Origin: an uncultured Solirubrobacterales bacterium
GTDB taxonomy: Bacteria > Actinomycetota > Thermoleophilia > Solirubrobacterales > Solirubrobacteraceae
Direction: 5' to 3'
Length of the DNA: 64,000 bases
NCBI GenBank assembly: GCA_963844475.1
Contig: CAWJOL010000005.1
Span: 40,805-104,804, forward strand
A model generated the notes under the pieces. The model ran no database searches. It saw only the letters and a program-made list of their open reading frames with translations, and was not told the DNA's origin. The position numbers and the translations under genes are program-made. This document shows, one piece after another, positions 27,369 through 36,931 of the stretch; within the stretch, counting starts at the first letter, position 1; every line of letters begins with the position of its first letter.

Positions 27369-28047
27369 TCAGTCTGGGCGGCCGGGGTAGAGGCTTGGAT
27401 CGCCCGGCGTGATCCCCGCGGCGGCGAGCGTCGCTTCGACGCGGGCGGCGCGTTCGGTTCCGGACCGTCCCGGCTCGGCCTCGCGGTGATCCTCGATCGC
27501 GTCGCTGACCAGCGAGGACAGCGCCTGCCAGGTTGTGGCCACCCCCTCGCCGCACACGCTCCCGTCGACGAGCACGAAATACGGCGCCCCCGGCACGCCA
27601 TAGTCCTCCCAGGCCTGCGAGGACATCACCACGCTGACCCCCTTTGGGGCGAGGCGGCGCAGACGTGACGGCCGCTCCCGCTCAGCCCCCTGGGTCACGA
27701 TCAGCGTCTGTACCCCGGGCGGTAGGCGCTGCTCGCCCAGTGTTTCCCAGAACCCGGCACAGGTGCTGCATCCGCTGGTCAGAAAGGCCAGCAGCGTCGG
27801 CGTCGATCCGGCCCCCCCGAACGAGAGTGAGAGGGCATCTCCGCTGGGCGTCGGTCCGGCCACCGGCGCGGCGACCCTCGCGGCCCCGGTGCGGTGAACG
27901 AGTGGCGGCTCGGGGATCGCCGGCAGGGCAGCGTCGCCGGCGGGACCGATCCGCCGCAGCAACTCGGCGTGGCTGCGCAAGCAGGCCCGCAACGAGGACG
28001 ACCAGCAACACAAGCAGCACGGTCTCCACGGACACGACCGCCAGCAT
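27369..28047 (-). CDS. MauD-like membrane-anchored thioredoxin (1 frameshift)
   Basis: N-terminal TM from ATG 28047; LLAFLTSGCSTC CxxC; YGVPGAPYFVLVD cis-Pro loop. Confidence 0.8.
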
Positions 28048-28668
28048 CAGACCCCGCCGCCCCCAGGGACTTGGACGGCTAGCCCTTCCAGGCAGCCGGC
28101 CTCGTGATTGCAGGTGAAGTCGTCGACCATCTCCGTCCCGTTGCAGTTCATGCCATCCACGGTGGACGGGTTCTGGCAGATCACCAGCCGGCAGACGACC
28201 TCGGTGGTGCCATGAACCTGGGTGTTGCACTGCCCGTAGCGGAAGTGGTTGCAGTCGACCCGGCGCCGACCGCAGTCCCCCTGGGCGCATTGGCATCCGC
28301 CAGGAAACTTATGCCCGGGGATGCGGTTGCAGTCCACGTAATACCGCACGCCCTCGGCCTGGCAGAGGCCGCCTCCCTGGTAGTTGGTGCATTTCCACCA
28401 GCCGGCCACGTAGGTGTCCCGGGGACACGTGTTGCGCCCTCGCTCGATCTCGCAGCAGAACGCGGTGTAGCCGTCGGTGCACTTGCCCGAGCTGCACTGG
28501 GTCGGGGCGCACCACGGCCCAGGCGTCCCCCGGCCTGACCAGGTATCGCACCGGCGCGACGGCAAAGGCCGAGCCCGCCAGCGCCGCCTTGGCCAGAGCT
28601 CCGCGGCGCGACATGCGCCGCTCCAGCAGGCCGCCGAGCGACACGGCAAGGCGCTCACTGACGTTCAT
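28047..28668 (-). CDS. Tat-exported 18-cysteine protein in the mauA position (1 frameshift in a C run)
   Basis: MSRRGAL Tat signal with AWA cleavage site; mature region CTDGYTAFCC...GWWKC...YYVDCN...CNHFRYGQCN. Confidence 0.8.
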
Positions 28669-29186
28669 TGCGCGCTCCATGCGCTCCACGCCTGGGGGAG
28701 CAGCGTATAAGCGAGGACGGCCGCGTAGGCGGCGCCGGCGATTCCCACGCTGAGCACGGCCGCGGTGGGGACCGGCCGAGTCAGCACCCAGCCCACCGAA
28801 TGGGGCGCTTGGAGCGCGCATGCTGCAGCCACGATCGCCAGCATTCCGCTGATCATCGCCTGCGCCGACGAGGCGGGCGAATCGCCCTGCGCCTCGCCAA
28901 AGCAGCCGCATGAGACCCGCCGCCGGGCCAGCAGCGCGGTGATCAGAGCGAACAGTCCATAGAGCAGAGCCAGCGCCAGGGCGCCGGCCCGGGTGGGCGC
29001 CACGGCACAGACAGCGCCAAGCGCGATCTCCGCCGCGGCGAACATGCGCACATGCCCGGCGCGGGCGGGGACGCCGAGCGTCAGCAGCGCACGCACCGCC
29101 CCGGCCGGCGCGCGCAGCTTGGCCACTCCGGCCACGAGCAGCACGGCCGCGGCGAGCAGAAACGGAGGTGTCAGTCCCGCGCTCAT
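28665..29186 (-). CDS. MauE/DoxX-family redox-associated membrane protein
   Basis: AGVAKL, AEIALG, SCGCFG motif. Confidence 0.9.
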   Translation of the reverse strand: MSAGLTPPFLLAAAVLLVAGVAKLRAPAGAVRALLTLGVPARAGHVRMFAAAEIALGAVCAVAPTRAGALALALLYGLFALITALLARRRVSCGCFGEAQGDSPASSAQAMISGMLAIVAAACALQAPHSVGWVLTRPVPTAAVLSVGIAGAAYAAVLAYTLLPQAWSAWSAQ

Positions 29187-29189
29187 GTC

Positions 29190-30144
29190 TCAGGCCTCTG
29201 CCTTCGCGCGCTCCAGGATCGTCGTGGCCGCGCTGGCAGGATCGAGTTCCCGGGAGACCACTCGGTCGAGCAGACCCTGGACCGCCGGGTCCTGGCTCAC
29301 GGCTGCCTCAAGCTCGCGTCGCATCCGGTAGCTGGCGATGGCCAGAACCTCGTTCATCAGGTTCCGCCGGCGCCGCTCGGACAGCGTTCCCTCCTCCTCG
29401 ATATAGGCCCGGTGCTCGGACAGCTTCTGCGCCAGCTCCTCCACGCCCTCCCCTCGGCCGGCCTCGGTCCTGACGATCGGGACCTGCCAGCCTTCGTGCG
29501 AGCCCAGCGCCAGGATGCCCTTGATCTCACGGATCATCGTGTCGGTGAGCGGATGATCGGATTTGTTGACCACGATCACGTCGGGGATCTCCATCACCCC
29601 GGCCTTGAGGGCCTGAATCGAGTCGCCCGATCCGGGCATCAGCACCAGCACCACCGTGTCGGCATGATCGATGATGTCGACCTCGGCCTGTCCGACGCCG
29701 ACGGTCTCGAGCATGACGATGTCCCGGCCCGAGGCGTCCATCAGCAGCGCCGCCTGGAGCGTCGCCTCGCTCAGTCCACCCAGCGCGCCGCGGTTCGCCA
29801 TCGAACGTATGAACACGCCAGGAGTCGAGAAAGTGTTCGCTCAAGCGAATGCGATCTCCCAGCAGGGCACCCTTGGTGAACGGCGACGATGGGTCGATCG
29901 ACAGCACGGCGACCGTCCGATCACGCTGGCGCTCGAGCTTGGTCAACGCCCCCAGCAGCGTCGACTTGCCGACGCCCGGCGGTCCGGTGAAGCCGACGAT
30001 CGAGGCCTGGCCGGTGTGCGGATAGACCTCGCGGACCAGATCCCAGCCCTCGGGCTTGTCGTTCTCGACCAGCGAGATGGCGCGGGCGAGGGCCCGCTTC
30101 TCCCCGGCGAGCAGGCGCTGGGCCAGTGATTGCTCATCTGCCAT
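29190..30144 (-). CDS. meaB: Acyl-CoA mutase-associated GTPase MeaB (1 frameshift)
   Basis: TGPPGVGKST, IDPSSPF, LGDRIR, ETVGVGQAE, VNKSD. Confidence 0.95.
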
Positions 30145-30236
30145 AAGGCCGAGCAATCATGCCAGGGCCTCCCCTCGCCGGTCTCCATTGGCGCCCGAGG
30201 TGTAGCGGCGGCGGTTCTCGGGGTAACCTGGAGGTG

Positions 30237-31688
30237 GTGGAGAGTTCGCTGCTGAGCCGAGCCGACGCGCTGCTCGGAAACGGGGTTGAGGCGGCGGTCA
30301 GGATCAAGCATCGTCTGCGCCTGAGCCGCCTCGGCTGGAGCCGTGCGCTTGATCCGGAGGGCCCGGAGCTGTGGTCAAGCGGCGCGCCGGACCCCCGCCC
30401 GGGGTGCTCGATGAGCGTATTGATCGACGGAGCCCAGGCGCTGCCGGAAATCGCCGCCGCGCTACAGAGCGCTGAGCGCTACGTCCATATGACCGGCTGG
30501 CACGTCGCCGCCGCATTCGAACTGGTGCGCGGCGAATCGCCCGTCGTGCTGGGACGACTCCTGGCGGAGCTGGCCGAGCGCATCGACGTGCGGATTCTGG
30601 TCTGGGCCGGAGCTCCCGTGCCCGCCTTTCACCCCACGCGCTCCGAGGTCAACGAGGCCGTGCGCAACCTCGTCCGGGACACGCGCATCCGCTGCGAGAC
30701 CGACCCGCGCGAGCATCCGTTCCACTGCCACCACGAGAAGACGATCGTGATCGACGGACGGTTGGCCTTCGTCGGGGGGATCGATCTGACCAACGACGGC
30801 GGTGACCGGTTCGACTCCTCGGCCCACGTGGCCCGCCGGCGGCTGGGCTGGCATGACGTTGCGACGCGCCTGGAGGGTCCGGTGGTCGCCGACGTGGATC
30901 ACCACTTTGCTCTGCGCTGGCATGCCCTGACCAACGAGCGGATCGAGCACGCGCCGGTGCCGGCGGCGGCCGGCGAGCACACCGTCCAGGTGATCCGCAC
31001 CGTGGCCGAGGGCATGTACGACCAGGTGCCCAAGGGCGACTTCAGCATTCTCGAGACCTACACCCGGGCGCTGCGCTCGGCCCAGCGCCTGGTCTACATC
31101 GAGAACCAGTTCCTGTGGGCGCCGGAGTTGGTCGACATCCTCGCCCAGAAGCTGCGCGACCCGCCCCATCCCGACTTCCGCCTGGTCCTCGTGCTTCCGG
31201 CCCGTCCGAACAACGGCAAGGACGACACCGACGGCCAGCTCGGCGTGCTGGCCGCCGCCGACGACGGCGGCGAACGGCTGCTCGCGACGACGTTGCGCAG
31301 CCTCTCCGAAGGACGCGATGACCCGCTCTACGTCCACGCCAAGGTGGCGATCGTCGATGACCGGTGGCTGACCGTCGGCTCGGCCAACCTCAACGCCCAC
31401 TCGCTGCTCAACGACACGGAAATGAACGTGGCCACCGACGACGCCGGGTTGGTCCGGGGCACGCGGGTGCGGCTGTGGGCCGAGCACCTGGGACTCGACG
31501 AGGCCACGGTCGCCGCGGCCGACCCGTGCGCGCTCGTCGACGAGCGCTGGCGCCCGATCGCCATGGAGCAGCTGGAGCGCCGGCGCAATGGGGACCCACC
31601 AACGCACCGTTTGCTGGCGATGCCCGGCGTCTCACATCGCTCCCGCCGGCTGCTCGGACCCCTCCAGGGGCTCATCGACGACGGCTGA
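30237..31688 (+). CDS. Phospholipase D family protein
   Basis: Two HKD motifs: HHEKTIVIDG and YVHAKVAIVDD...GSANLN. Confidence 0.92.
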   Translation: MESSLLSRADALLGNGVEAAVRIKHRLRLSRLGWSRALDPEGPELWSSGAPDPRPGCSMSVLIDGAQALPEIAAALQSAERYVHMTGWHVAAAFELVRGESPVVLGRLLAELAERIDVRILVWAGAPVPAFHPTRSEVNEAVRNLVRDTRIRCETDPREHPFHCHHEKTIVIDGRLAFVGGIDLTNDGGDRFDSSAHVARRRLGWHDVATRLEGPVVADVDHHFALRWHALTNERIEHAPVPAAAGEHTVQVIRTVAEGMYDQVPKGDFSILETYTRALRSAQRLVYIENQFLWAPELVDILAQKLRDPPHPDFRLVLVLPARPNNGKDDTDGQLGVLAAADDGGERLLATTLRSLSEGRDDPLYVHAKVAIVDDRWLTVGSANLNAHSLLNDTEMNVATDDAGLVRGTRVRLWAEHLGLDEATVAAADPCALVDERWRPIAMEQLERRRNGDPPTHRLLAMPGVSHRSRRLLGPLQGLIDDG

Positions 31689-31726
31689 GGTGCTCCGGGG
31701 AGCGCCAAAGACTTACGATCTGCTCC

Positions 31727-32419
31727 GTGTCCGCCGGCACGCGAGAAATCAAGCAGGCGGTGGGACCCCCTCATCCCCCGCCCCGACTGCGCCCCCCACC
31801 GCCGCCCCTGCACGGTGGACCGCTGACGTTCCTGCGCTTCGCCCGCGCGCACCGCATGCTGCGCCCGACCTACCTGCCGCTGGTCGCCAGATGGGCCTGG
31901 CTGAAACTCCGCTGGCGCGGGCGCCTGCAGACCGACGGGCTGTGCTTCATCTGCCCCGGGGTCAAGTTCGAGATCGGCGCCCACGCGACGGTCAAGCTCG
32001 GGCGCTGGTCATGGATCGGCCACGGATGCAAGATCCGCGCCCACGAGGGCGAGGTGATCATCGGCGCCAAGTCCGTGCTCGGACAGGAGTGCACGATCTC
32101 CGCCTTCCAGCACGTCTCGATCGGCCGTGAATGCATCATCGCCGACCGCGTGATGATGATCGACTTCGACCACGGCGTCGTCGAAGTGGAGCGGCCGATC
32201 CGCGAGCAGGGGATCTACAAGCGCGACCTGCGCATCGGCCACAACGTCTGGATTGGTTACGGCGCCTGTCTGCTCCGCGGGGTGGTTGTGGGGGACAACG
32301 CGGTGATCGGGACCAGCGCGGTCGTCACCGCCGACGTGCCCAACGACGCCGTAGTCGCCGGCATCCCCGCCAAGGTGATCCGCACGCGGGACGCGCCGAA
32401 GACCTTCCGCTGGGTCTAG
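31727..32419 (+). CDS. Hexapeptide-repeat acyltransferase (Rv3034c-like)
   Basis: GRWSWIG..KIRAHEG...IDFDH...PIREQGI, VVAGIPAKVI. Confidence 0.85.
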   Translation: MSAGTREIKQAVGPPHPPPRLRPPPPPLHGGPLTFLRFARAHRMLRPTYLPLVARWAWLKLRWRGRLQTDGLCFICPGVKFEIGAHATVKLGRWSWIGHGCKIRAHEGEVIIGAKSVLGQECTISAFQHVSIGRECIIADRVMMIDFDHGVVEVERPIREQGIYKRDLRIGHNVWIGYGACLLRGVVVGDNAVIGTSAVVTADVPNDAVVAGIPAKVIRTRDAPKTFRWV

Positions 32420-32435
32420 CCGGCTGCGGGCCCGG

Positions 32436-33806
32436 CTACCCGTCCCAGCCCACGAGTTCCGGCGCCAGGTTTCGCAGCGTCTGCGCCTGATCACCGTCAC
32501 CGAGCAGAGCACGTGACAGAGCTGCAGCATGCCCGGCCGCCCGCTCCCGCGGGTATTCGCCGGCCAGCGCGTTGGTCATCAGGAACGCCCAGTCGCTGGA
32601 TTGCAGCGCCAGCAGCTCACGCAGCGCCCGGTCGCTCGGCCGCCCACCGGAGGCCAGCACGGCCAGCTCAGCCGAACGCGCCTGCCAGGCCAGATCGGCG
32701 ACCTGCGGCCCGCTCCAGGCACGCAGGTCGCCCCCGGCGCCCCAGCTCGTCGCGCCGAGATGCTCCGGTGCCGGTTCGCCGGCCGCCTGCGCATCATCGA
32801 GTGTCGTCAGCTCGAGCCCCTGCCGCTGGGCCTCCTCCAGCACCGCGGACAGCCACACGACGCCCTCATACCACCAGTGCCCGAGCAGCTCGGTGTCCAG
32901 CGCGCACACGCAGATCCCGCCGCCACTCACCCGAGCGAGCACCTGGCTGACGAAGTCCGCGGCATGCGCCCGGGCCGCGGTGCAGGCCCGCGCGTGGTCG
33001 TAGGGCGTGCCGTCATTGCTCCAGACGTGGTGGCGGTACTCGGTGTGCCGGTGATAGTCGCGGTAGACCCCGGCGCCGGGATACCCGACGTTGCTCCAGA
33101 CCAGCGCCATCGTCTGCCGGTCGACGGGCCAGAGGACCGGGCCCTCGTCGGTGAGCAGCGGCCGCAGATGCCGGGCGTCGCCGAGGCCGAAGTTCCCGGT
33201 CAACTCGACGCAGACCGAGCGCACGCCCGCCTCCTCGAGCAGCGAGGCCACCCAGGGCTCGTAGGCGCACTCGGGTAACCAGAAGCCTCCGCCCCAGTCC
33301 TTGAAGCGTCGCCGGTGAGAGGCGATTCCCGTCTGGACCTGCAGTGCGACGGCGCTGTCGCTGGCCAGCAGCGGGAGCACGGCGTGAGTCGCGGCCGAGG
33401 TCCAGCCGGCATGTGCGCCGAGCGCGGCGAGCACTCCGTCCCCAAGTGCCCGCAACCGTTGCGCCGCGCCCACGTAGTCCCCGGCCGCCCGCTCGAGTTC
33501 GCGCGCCTGCTCCTCGGACCCCTGCGCGCGCAGCTCGCGGGCATCGCGCCGGTGGGACTCCGGACGGACCTCGTCCAGAAATCGAACACAGCGCTCCAGC
33601 GCCCCCGGCGCCTCGAGCTGATCGCACAGCACCGGAGTCAGCGAGAGCGTGAGGGGCGCCCGCCCGAGCACATCCAGCAGCGGCAGGTAGGACGTGGCCA
33701 GTGCCTCCCATAGCCACTCCTCGCCAAATGGCCAGGTCCCGAACCCCTCGACGTAGGGCATGTGCGTGTGGAGAACCAGGGCGAGCTGGCCCGGACGGCG
33801 ACTCAC
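32436..33806 (-). CDS. GH57 alpha-glucan branching enzyme-like protein (Rv3031-like)
   Basis: LVLHTHMPY, GEEWL, FWLPECAY, DTELLGHWWYEG, ALQSSDWAF. Confidence 0.92.
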   Translation of the reverse strand: MSRRPGQLALVLHTHMPYVEGFGTWPFGEEWLWEALATSYLPLLDVLGRAPLTLSLTPVLCDQLEAPGALERCVRFLDEVRPESHRRDARELRAQGSEEQARELERAAGDYVGAAQRLRALGDGVLAALGAHAGWTSAATHAVLPLLASDSAVALQVQTGIASHRRRFKDWGGGFWLPECAYEPWVASLLEEAGVRSVCVELTGNFGLGDARHLRPLLTDEGPVLWPVDRQTMALVWSNVGYPGAGVYRDYHRHTEYRHHVWSNDGTPYDHARACTAARAHAADFVSQVLARVSGGGICVCALDTELLGHWWYEGVVWLSAVLEEAQRQGLELTTLDDAQAAGEPAPEHLGATSWGAGGDLRAWSGPQVADLAWQARSAELAVLASGGRPSDRALRELLALQSSDWAFLMTNALAGEYPRERAAGHAAALSRALLGDGDQAQTLRNLAPELVGWDG

Positions 33807-33916
33807 CTACCGCGTCTGAACGGGCTGCGTACCAGTTCGACCACCGCGCGAGCCAGCCCCAGGAGGACCGCGGCTACGGTCTCGAGCAACTTGGCCAGCG
33901 TCTTCCAGAGGCTCAT
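33803..33916 (-). CDS. 37-aa small amphipathic protein
   Basis: MSLWKTLAKLLETVAAVLLGLARAVVELVRSPFRRGR; GAGG upstream; stop overlaps the GH57 start (GTGA). Confidence 0.6.
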   Translation of the reverse strand: MSLWKTLAKLLETVAAVLLGLARAVVELVRSPFRRGR

Positions 33917-33931
33917 CTGCGCGCTGCCCCC

Positions 33932-34702
33932 TCAGACCCGGCAGACCGCGAGAAAGTCAAGCGCGGCGTCAAGGTCGCCGGGCCGCAAGGCGAAATCGCT
34001 GGTGGCGATGGCCGGAGTGAACCGGTCGTAGAACGGCTTGGTCATCCGCAGCCGCGCGTGGACGGTGTCCCAACCCAACTTCAGCGCCAGGGCGTGCGCC
34101 CGGAGCTTTCGGGCATGGAACAGCCCCAGCAGCTCGACCCGCGGGAAGACGGACTGGCAGAGAGCTCTGAACTCCTCGGCGCGGTACTCCTTGATGTGCC
34201 ACGGATTGCCGGACTTCTCCGCTCCGGGAGGGGCCAGCGTGAGCAGGTTTGGTGTCGTGATGTAGGCCACTCCGCCAGGTGCGAGCAGCGACCGGAAGTG
34301 CTCGAGTACGGCGTGCGGATCCTGCACGTGCTCGATCGTCTGGAGAAACACCACGGCGTCGTAGGCCCCGGGCGAGCCGTAGGTCTCGACCAGGCCTCGA
34401 TCAAAGCTCAGCCCCGGAGCGGTATAGCGCAACCGGGCGTGCTCGTGGGCGTCGGGATTGGCGTCAAGCCCCAGCACGCTACGAGCGCCGCGCGCGAGCA
34501 CCTCGGACCCATAGCCCTCGCCGCAGGCCATGTCGATCACCCGCGCACCGTCCACCCGGGAACCGATCCACTCGTACACGGCCAGATGCCGCCGGAACCA
34601 GTAGTTCTCCTCGGGGACGTCGGGAAGGGTGCGCTCGCCGGTGAGCTCCAGCGGAGGCACCCCGGGCGGCTGGCCCTGCTGGACGTAGGCGTTCACTGGC
34701 AC
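33932..34702 (-). CDS. SAM-dependent methyltransferase (Rv3030-like)
   Basis: LTGERTLPDVPEENYWFRRH, DMACGEGYG, FLQTIEH, NPWHIKEY. Confidence 0.88.
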   Translation of the reverse strand: MPVNAYVQQGQPPGVPPLELTGERTLPDVPEENYWFRRHLAVYEWIGSRVDGARVIDMACGEGYGSEVLARGARSVLGLDANPDAHEHARLRYTAPGLSFDRGLVETYGSPGAYDAVVFLQTIEHVQDPHAVLEHFRSLLAPGGVAYITTPNLLTLAPPGAEKSGNPWHIKEYRAEEFRALCQSVFPRVELLGLFHARKLRAHALALKLGWDTVHARLRMTKPFYDRFTPAIATSDFALRPGDLDAALDFLAVCRV

Positions 34703-34728
34703 GGCCGAAAGGGTAATGTGATCCCGCC

Positions 34729-35646
34729 ATGGAGGCAGTACGCACACCTGACGAGATCCGCGACGTCAACACTCGTTATCACGATGTGGCGGCGTCGAGT
34801 TACGACTCCAAGTGGGGCATTGACTTCGGGGAGGTTGGCCAGGCCCAGGTCCTCGGCAAGCTGCGCAAGCTGGTCGGCGGCGAGTTGGATCGCGGCTACG
34901 GACGTTCACTGGAGATCGGCGCCGGCACCGGCTACTTCAGTCTCAACCTGCTCAAGGCGGGCGTGGTCCGAGAGGCGACCTGCACCGACATCTCACCCGG
35001 GATGGTCAGCGCGCTCGGCTCCAACGCTCAGCGGCTGGGATTGGACGTCCGCGCGGCGCGAGCCGAGGCCGAGTCGCTGCCGTTTCCCGATGACAGCTTC
35101 GACCTCGTGCTGGGCCATGCCGTGCTGCACCATCTCCCCAATCTGGAACGGGCCTTCTCGGAGTTCCATCGCGTCCTGGCGCCCGGCGGCCGACTCGCCT
35201 TCGCGGGCGAGCCCTCGCGCTTCGGCGACCGGCTCGCGGCCGTGCCCAAGCGAGGCGCGTCACGGCTCGCGCCGTTGTGGCGCAGAGCCCTGAGCGCCCG
35301 CCCCGCTCCGCCACCCGGGCCGGCCGGATCCACAGACCAGATCGACCACGAGCTGGAACATTTCGTCGACATTCACGCGTTCGCTCCCGGCGACCTGTCC
35401 GGCTACGTCAAGCGGGCGGGGTTCACCGACGTCAAGGTGCGCGGCGAGGAATTGGTGGCCAATTGGTTCGGCTGGTTCAACCGGTCCCTTGAGGCGACGG
35501 CTGCGCCTGAGGACGTGCCGATGCTCTGGCGCCAGTACGCATTCCGCGGGTATCTGCTGCTGCAGCAGGTCGACGAGCGCATCCTTGAGCCGATGCTGCC
35601 GCCGGCGATCTTCTACAACCTGCTGCTGACCGCCCGCCGGCCTTAG
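34729..35646 (+). CDS. SAM-dependent methyltransferase (Rv3038c-like)
   Basis: YHD..A..YDSKWGI, LEIGAGTGYF, GHAVLHH, FAGEP. Confidence 0.88.
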   Translation: MEAVRTPDEIRDVNTRYHDVAASSYDSKWGIDFGEVGQAQVLGKLRKLVGGELDRGYGRSLEIGAGTGYFSLNLLKAGVVREATCTDISPGMVSALGSNAQRLGLDVRAARAEAESLPFPDDSFDLVLGHAVLHHLPNLERAFSEFHRVLAPGGRLAFAGEPSRFGDRLAAVPKRGASRLAPLWRRALSARPAPPPGPAGSTDQIDHELEHFVDIHAFAPGDLSGYVKRAGFTDVKVRGEELVANWFGWFNRSLEATAAPEDVPMLWRQYAFRGYLLLQQVDERILEPMLPPAIFYNLLLTARRP

Positions 35647-35687
35647 ACCCCCGCGGACCGCACCTCGCCACTCATACACTTCCTCCG

Positions 35688-36314
35688 GTGCCGGACCGGC
35701 TCGTCCAAGACTTCCCGCTCTTTCCGCTCGGCCTCGTCGCGCTCCCAGGCGAGGCGATTCCCCTGCATATCTTCGAGGACCGCTACAAGGCGATGATGGA
35801 TGAGTGCCTGCGTGAGGACTCTGAGTTCGGGATCGTCTGGCTCTCCGACGACGGGCTGCAGGACGTCGGCTGCGCATGCCGGATCGAGCGCGTGCTCGAG
35901 CGCATGGACGACGGGCGGATGAATCTGCTCAGCCGGGGCACGCGGCCGCTGCGGGTACTCGAGCGTCAAGGCCATCTTCCCTACCCGGCGGGCGTGGTTG
36001 AGTTCGTCGAGGACCGCGAGGAGGTGCCGGACCCCGACCTGGAGAACATCGCCCATCAGGCCTACGGGGAGCTGGTCAAACGCGCCACCGACGCCGAGCC
36101 CGACGAGGGGGAGCTGGCAGCGATGAGCGCATACGACATGGCCGCCACCGTCGACTTCGGCCTCGACGCCAAGCAGGGCCTGCTTGATCTGCGCTCAGAG
36201 AACGCGCGCCTGCGACTCGTCACTCGCCTGTTCCGGGCCGCGACCAAGCGTCTCGACTTCGTCGATCGAGCACAGGCTCGTGCGCGCTCCAACGGCAAGG
36301 TGCGCTTCGGCTGA
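35688..36314 (+). CDS. LON peptidase substrate-binding domain protein
   Basis: FPLFPL...PLHIFEDRYKAM, DGRMNL. Confidence 0.9.
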   Translation: MPDRLVQDFPLFPLGLVALPGEAIPLHIFEDRYKAMMDECLREDSEFGIVWLSDDGLQDVGCACRIERVLERMDDGRMNLLSRGTRPLRVLERQGHLPYPAGVVEFVEDREEVPDPDLENIAHQAYGELVKRATDAEPDEGELAAMSAYDMAATVDFGLDAKQGLLDLRSENARLRLVTRLFRAATKRLDFVDRAQARARSNGKVRFG

Positions 36315-36330
36315 ACGGGCGCCGAGCCCG

Positions 36331-36753
36331 CTAGGGCAGGCCGCAGATGCTGTGGGCCATCTGTGCCGCGAACAGCTCCGCCGCTGCGAGTTCATGGTGC
36401 GCGGCGGCGCTCGTATCAGCGAATGAGACCGTGCCATCCTGAAGCTTGAGCCTGTACGTGTAGATGCTGCCCGGTCGCGCCGGCAGGCGCAGCTGAGCCT
36501 TGGCGTCCGCGTCGAGATTCGTCGCGATGTCCCGGGCCTGGAGCAGCAGCGGGTCGGGGATCGGCTTCGGCGAGCTGCCGTTGCAGCGGATCGTCCCACC
36601 GTCGTTGACCAGCAGGCTGATGGTGTGCCCCTGGCCGGTGCGCTCGAGCACGAACAGGTCGGCGGAGTTCACCCCCAGCCCGCATCCGGCCGCCGCCAGG
36701 GTGATCGCCGTGAGCCCCAGCGAGGCCGCCCGTGGTTTGCTGAACCTCGGCAT
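36331..36753 (-). CDS. Putative lipoprotein
   Basis: Signal peptide with LAAAGC lipobox-like motif. Confidence 0.6.
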   Translation of the reverse strand: MPRFSKPRAASLGLTAITLAAAGCGLGVNSADLFVLERTGQGHTISLLVNDGGTIRCNGSSPKPIPDPLLLQARDIATNLDADAKAQLRLPARPGSIYTYRLKLQDGTVSFADTSAAAHHELAAAELFAAQMAHSICGLP

Positions 36754-36931
36754 CCGGGAGATCGTGCCTGATCGCGCACGAAAAGCGTGCCCGCCCCGGG
36801 TCCCGGGAGCCGTCTTGTGGATGCCCTTAGGTTCCGCCGGTTATCATCGCCCGCCCTGAGCCGTTCGCCCGCACCGGCAGGGGCACGGCCGCGGGGCGCC
36901 GAAGTATGTACCCGGGCGCCACCACAGACCC

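Noticed and set aside
26232-29186. Canonical methylamine dehydrogenase (mau) cluster
   Set aside because: No heavy chain, MauG or electron acceptor, and the small protein lacks a distal TTQ tryptophan.
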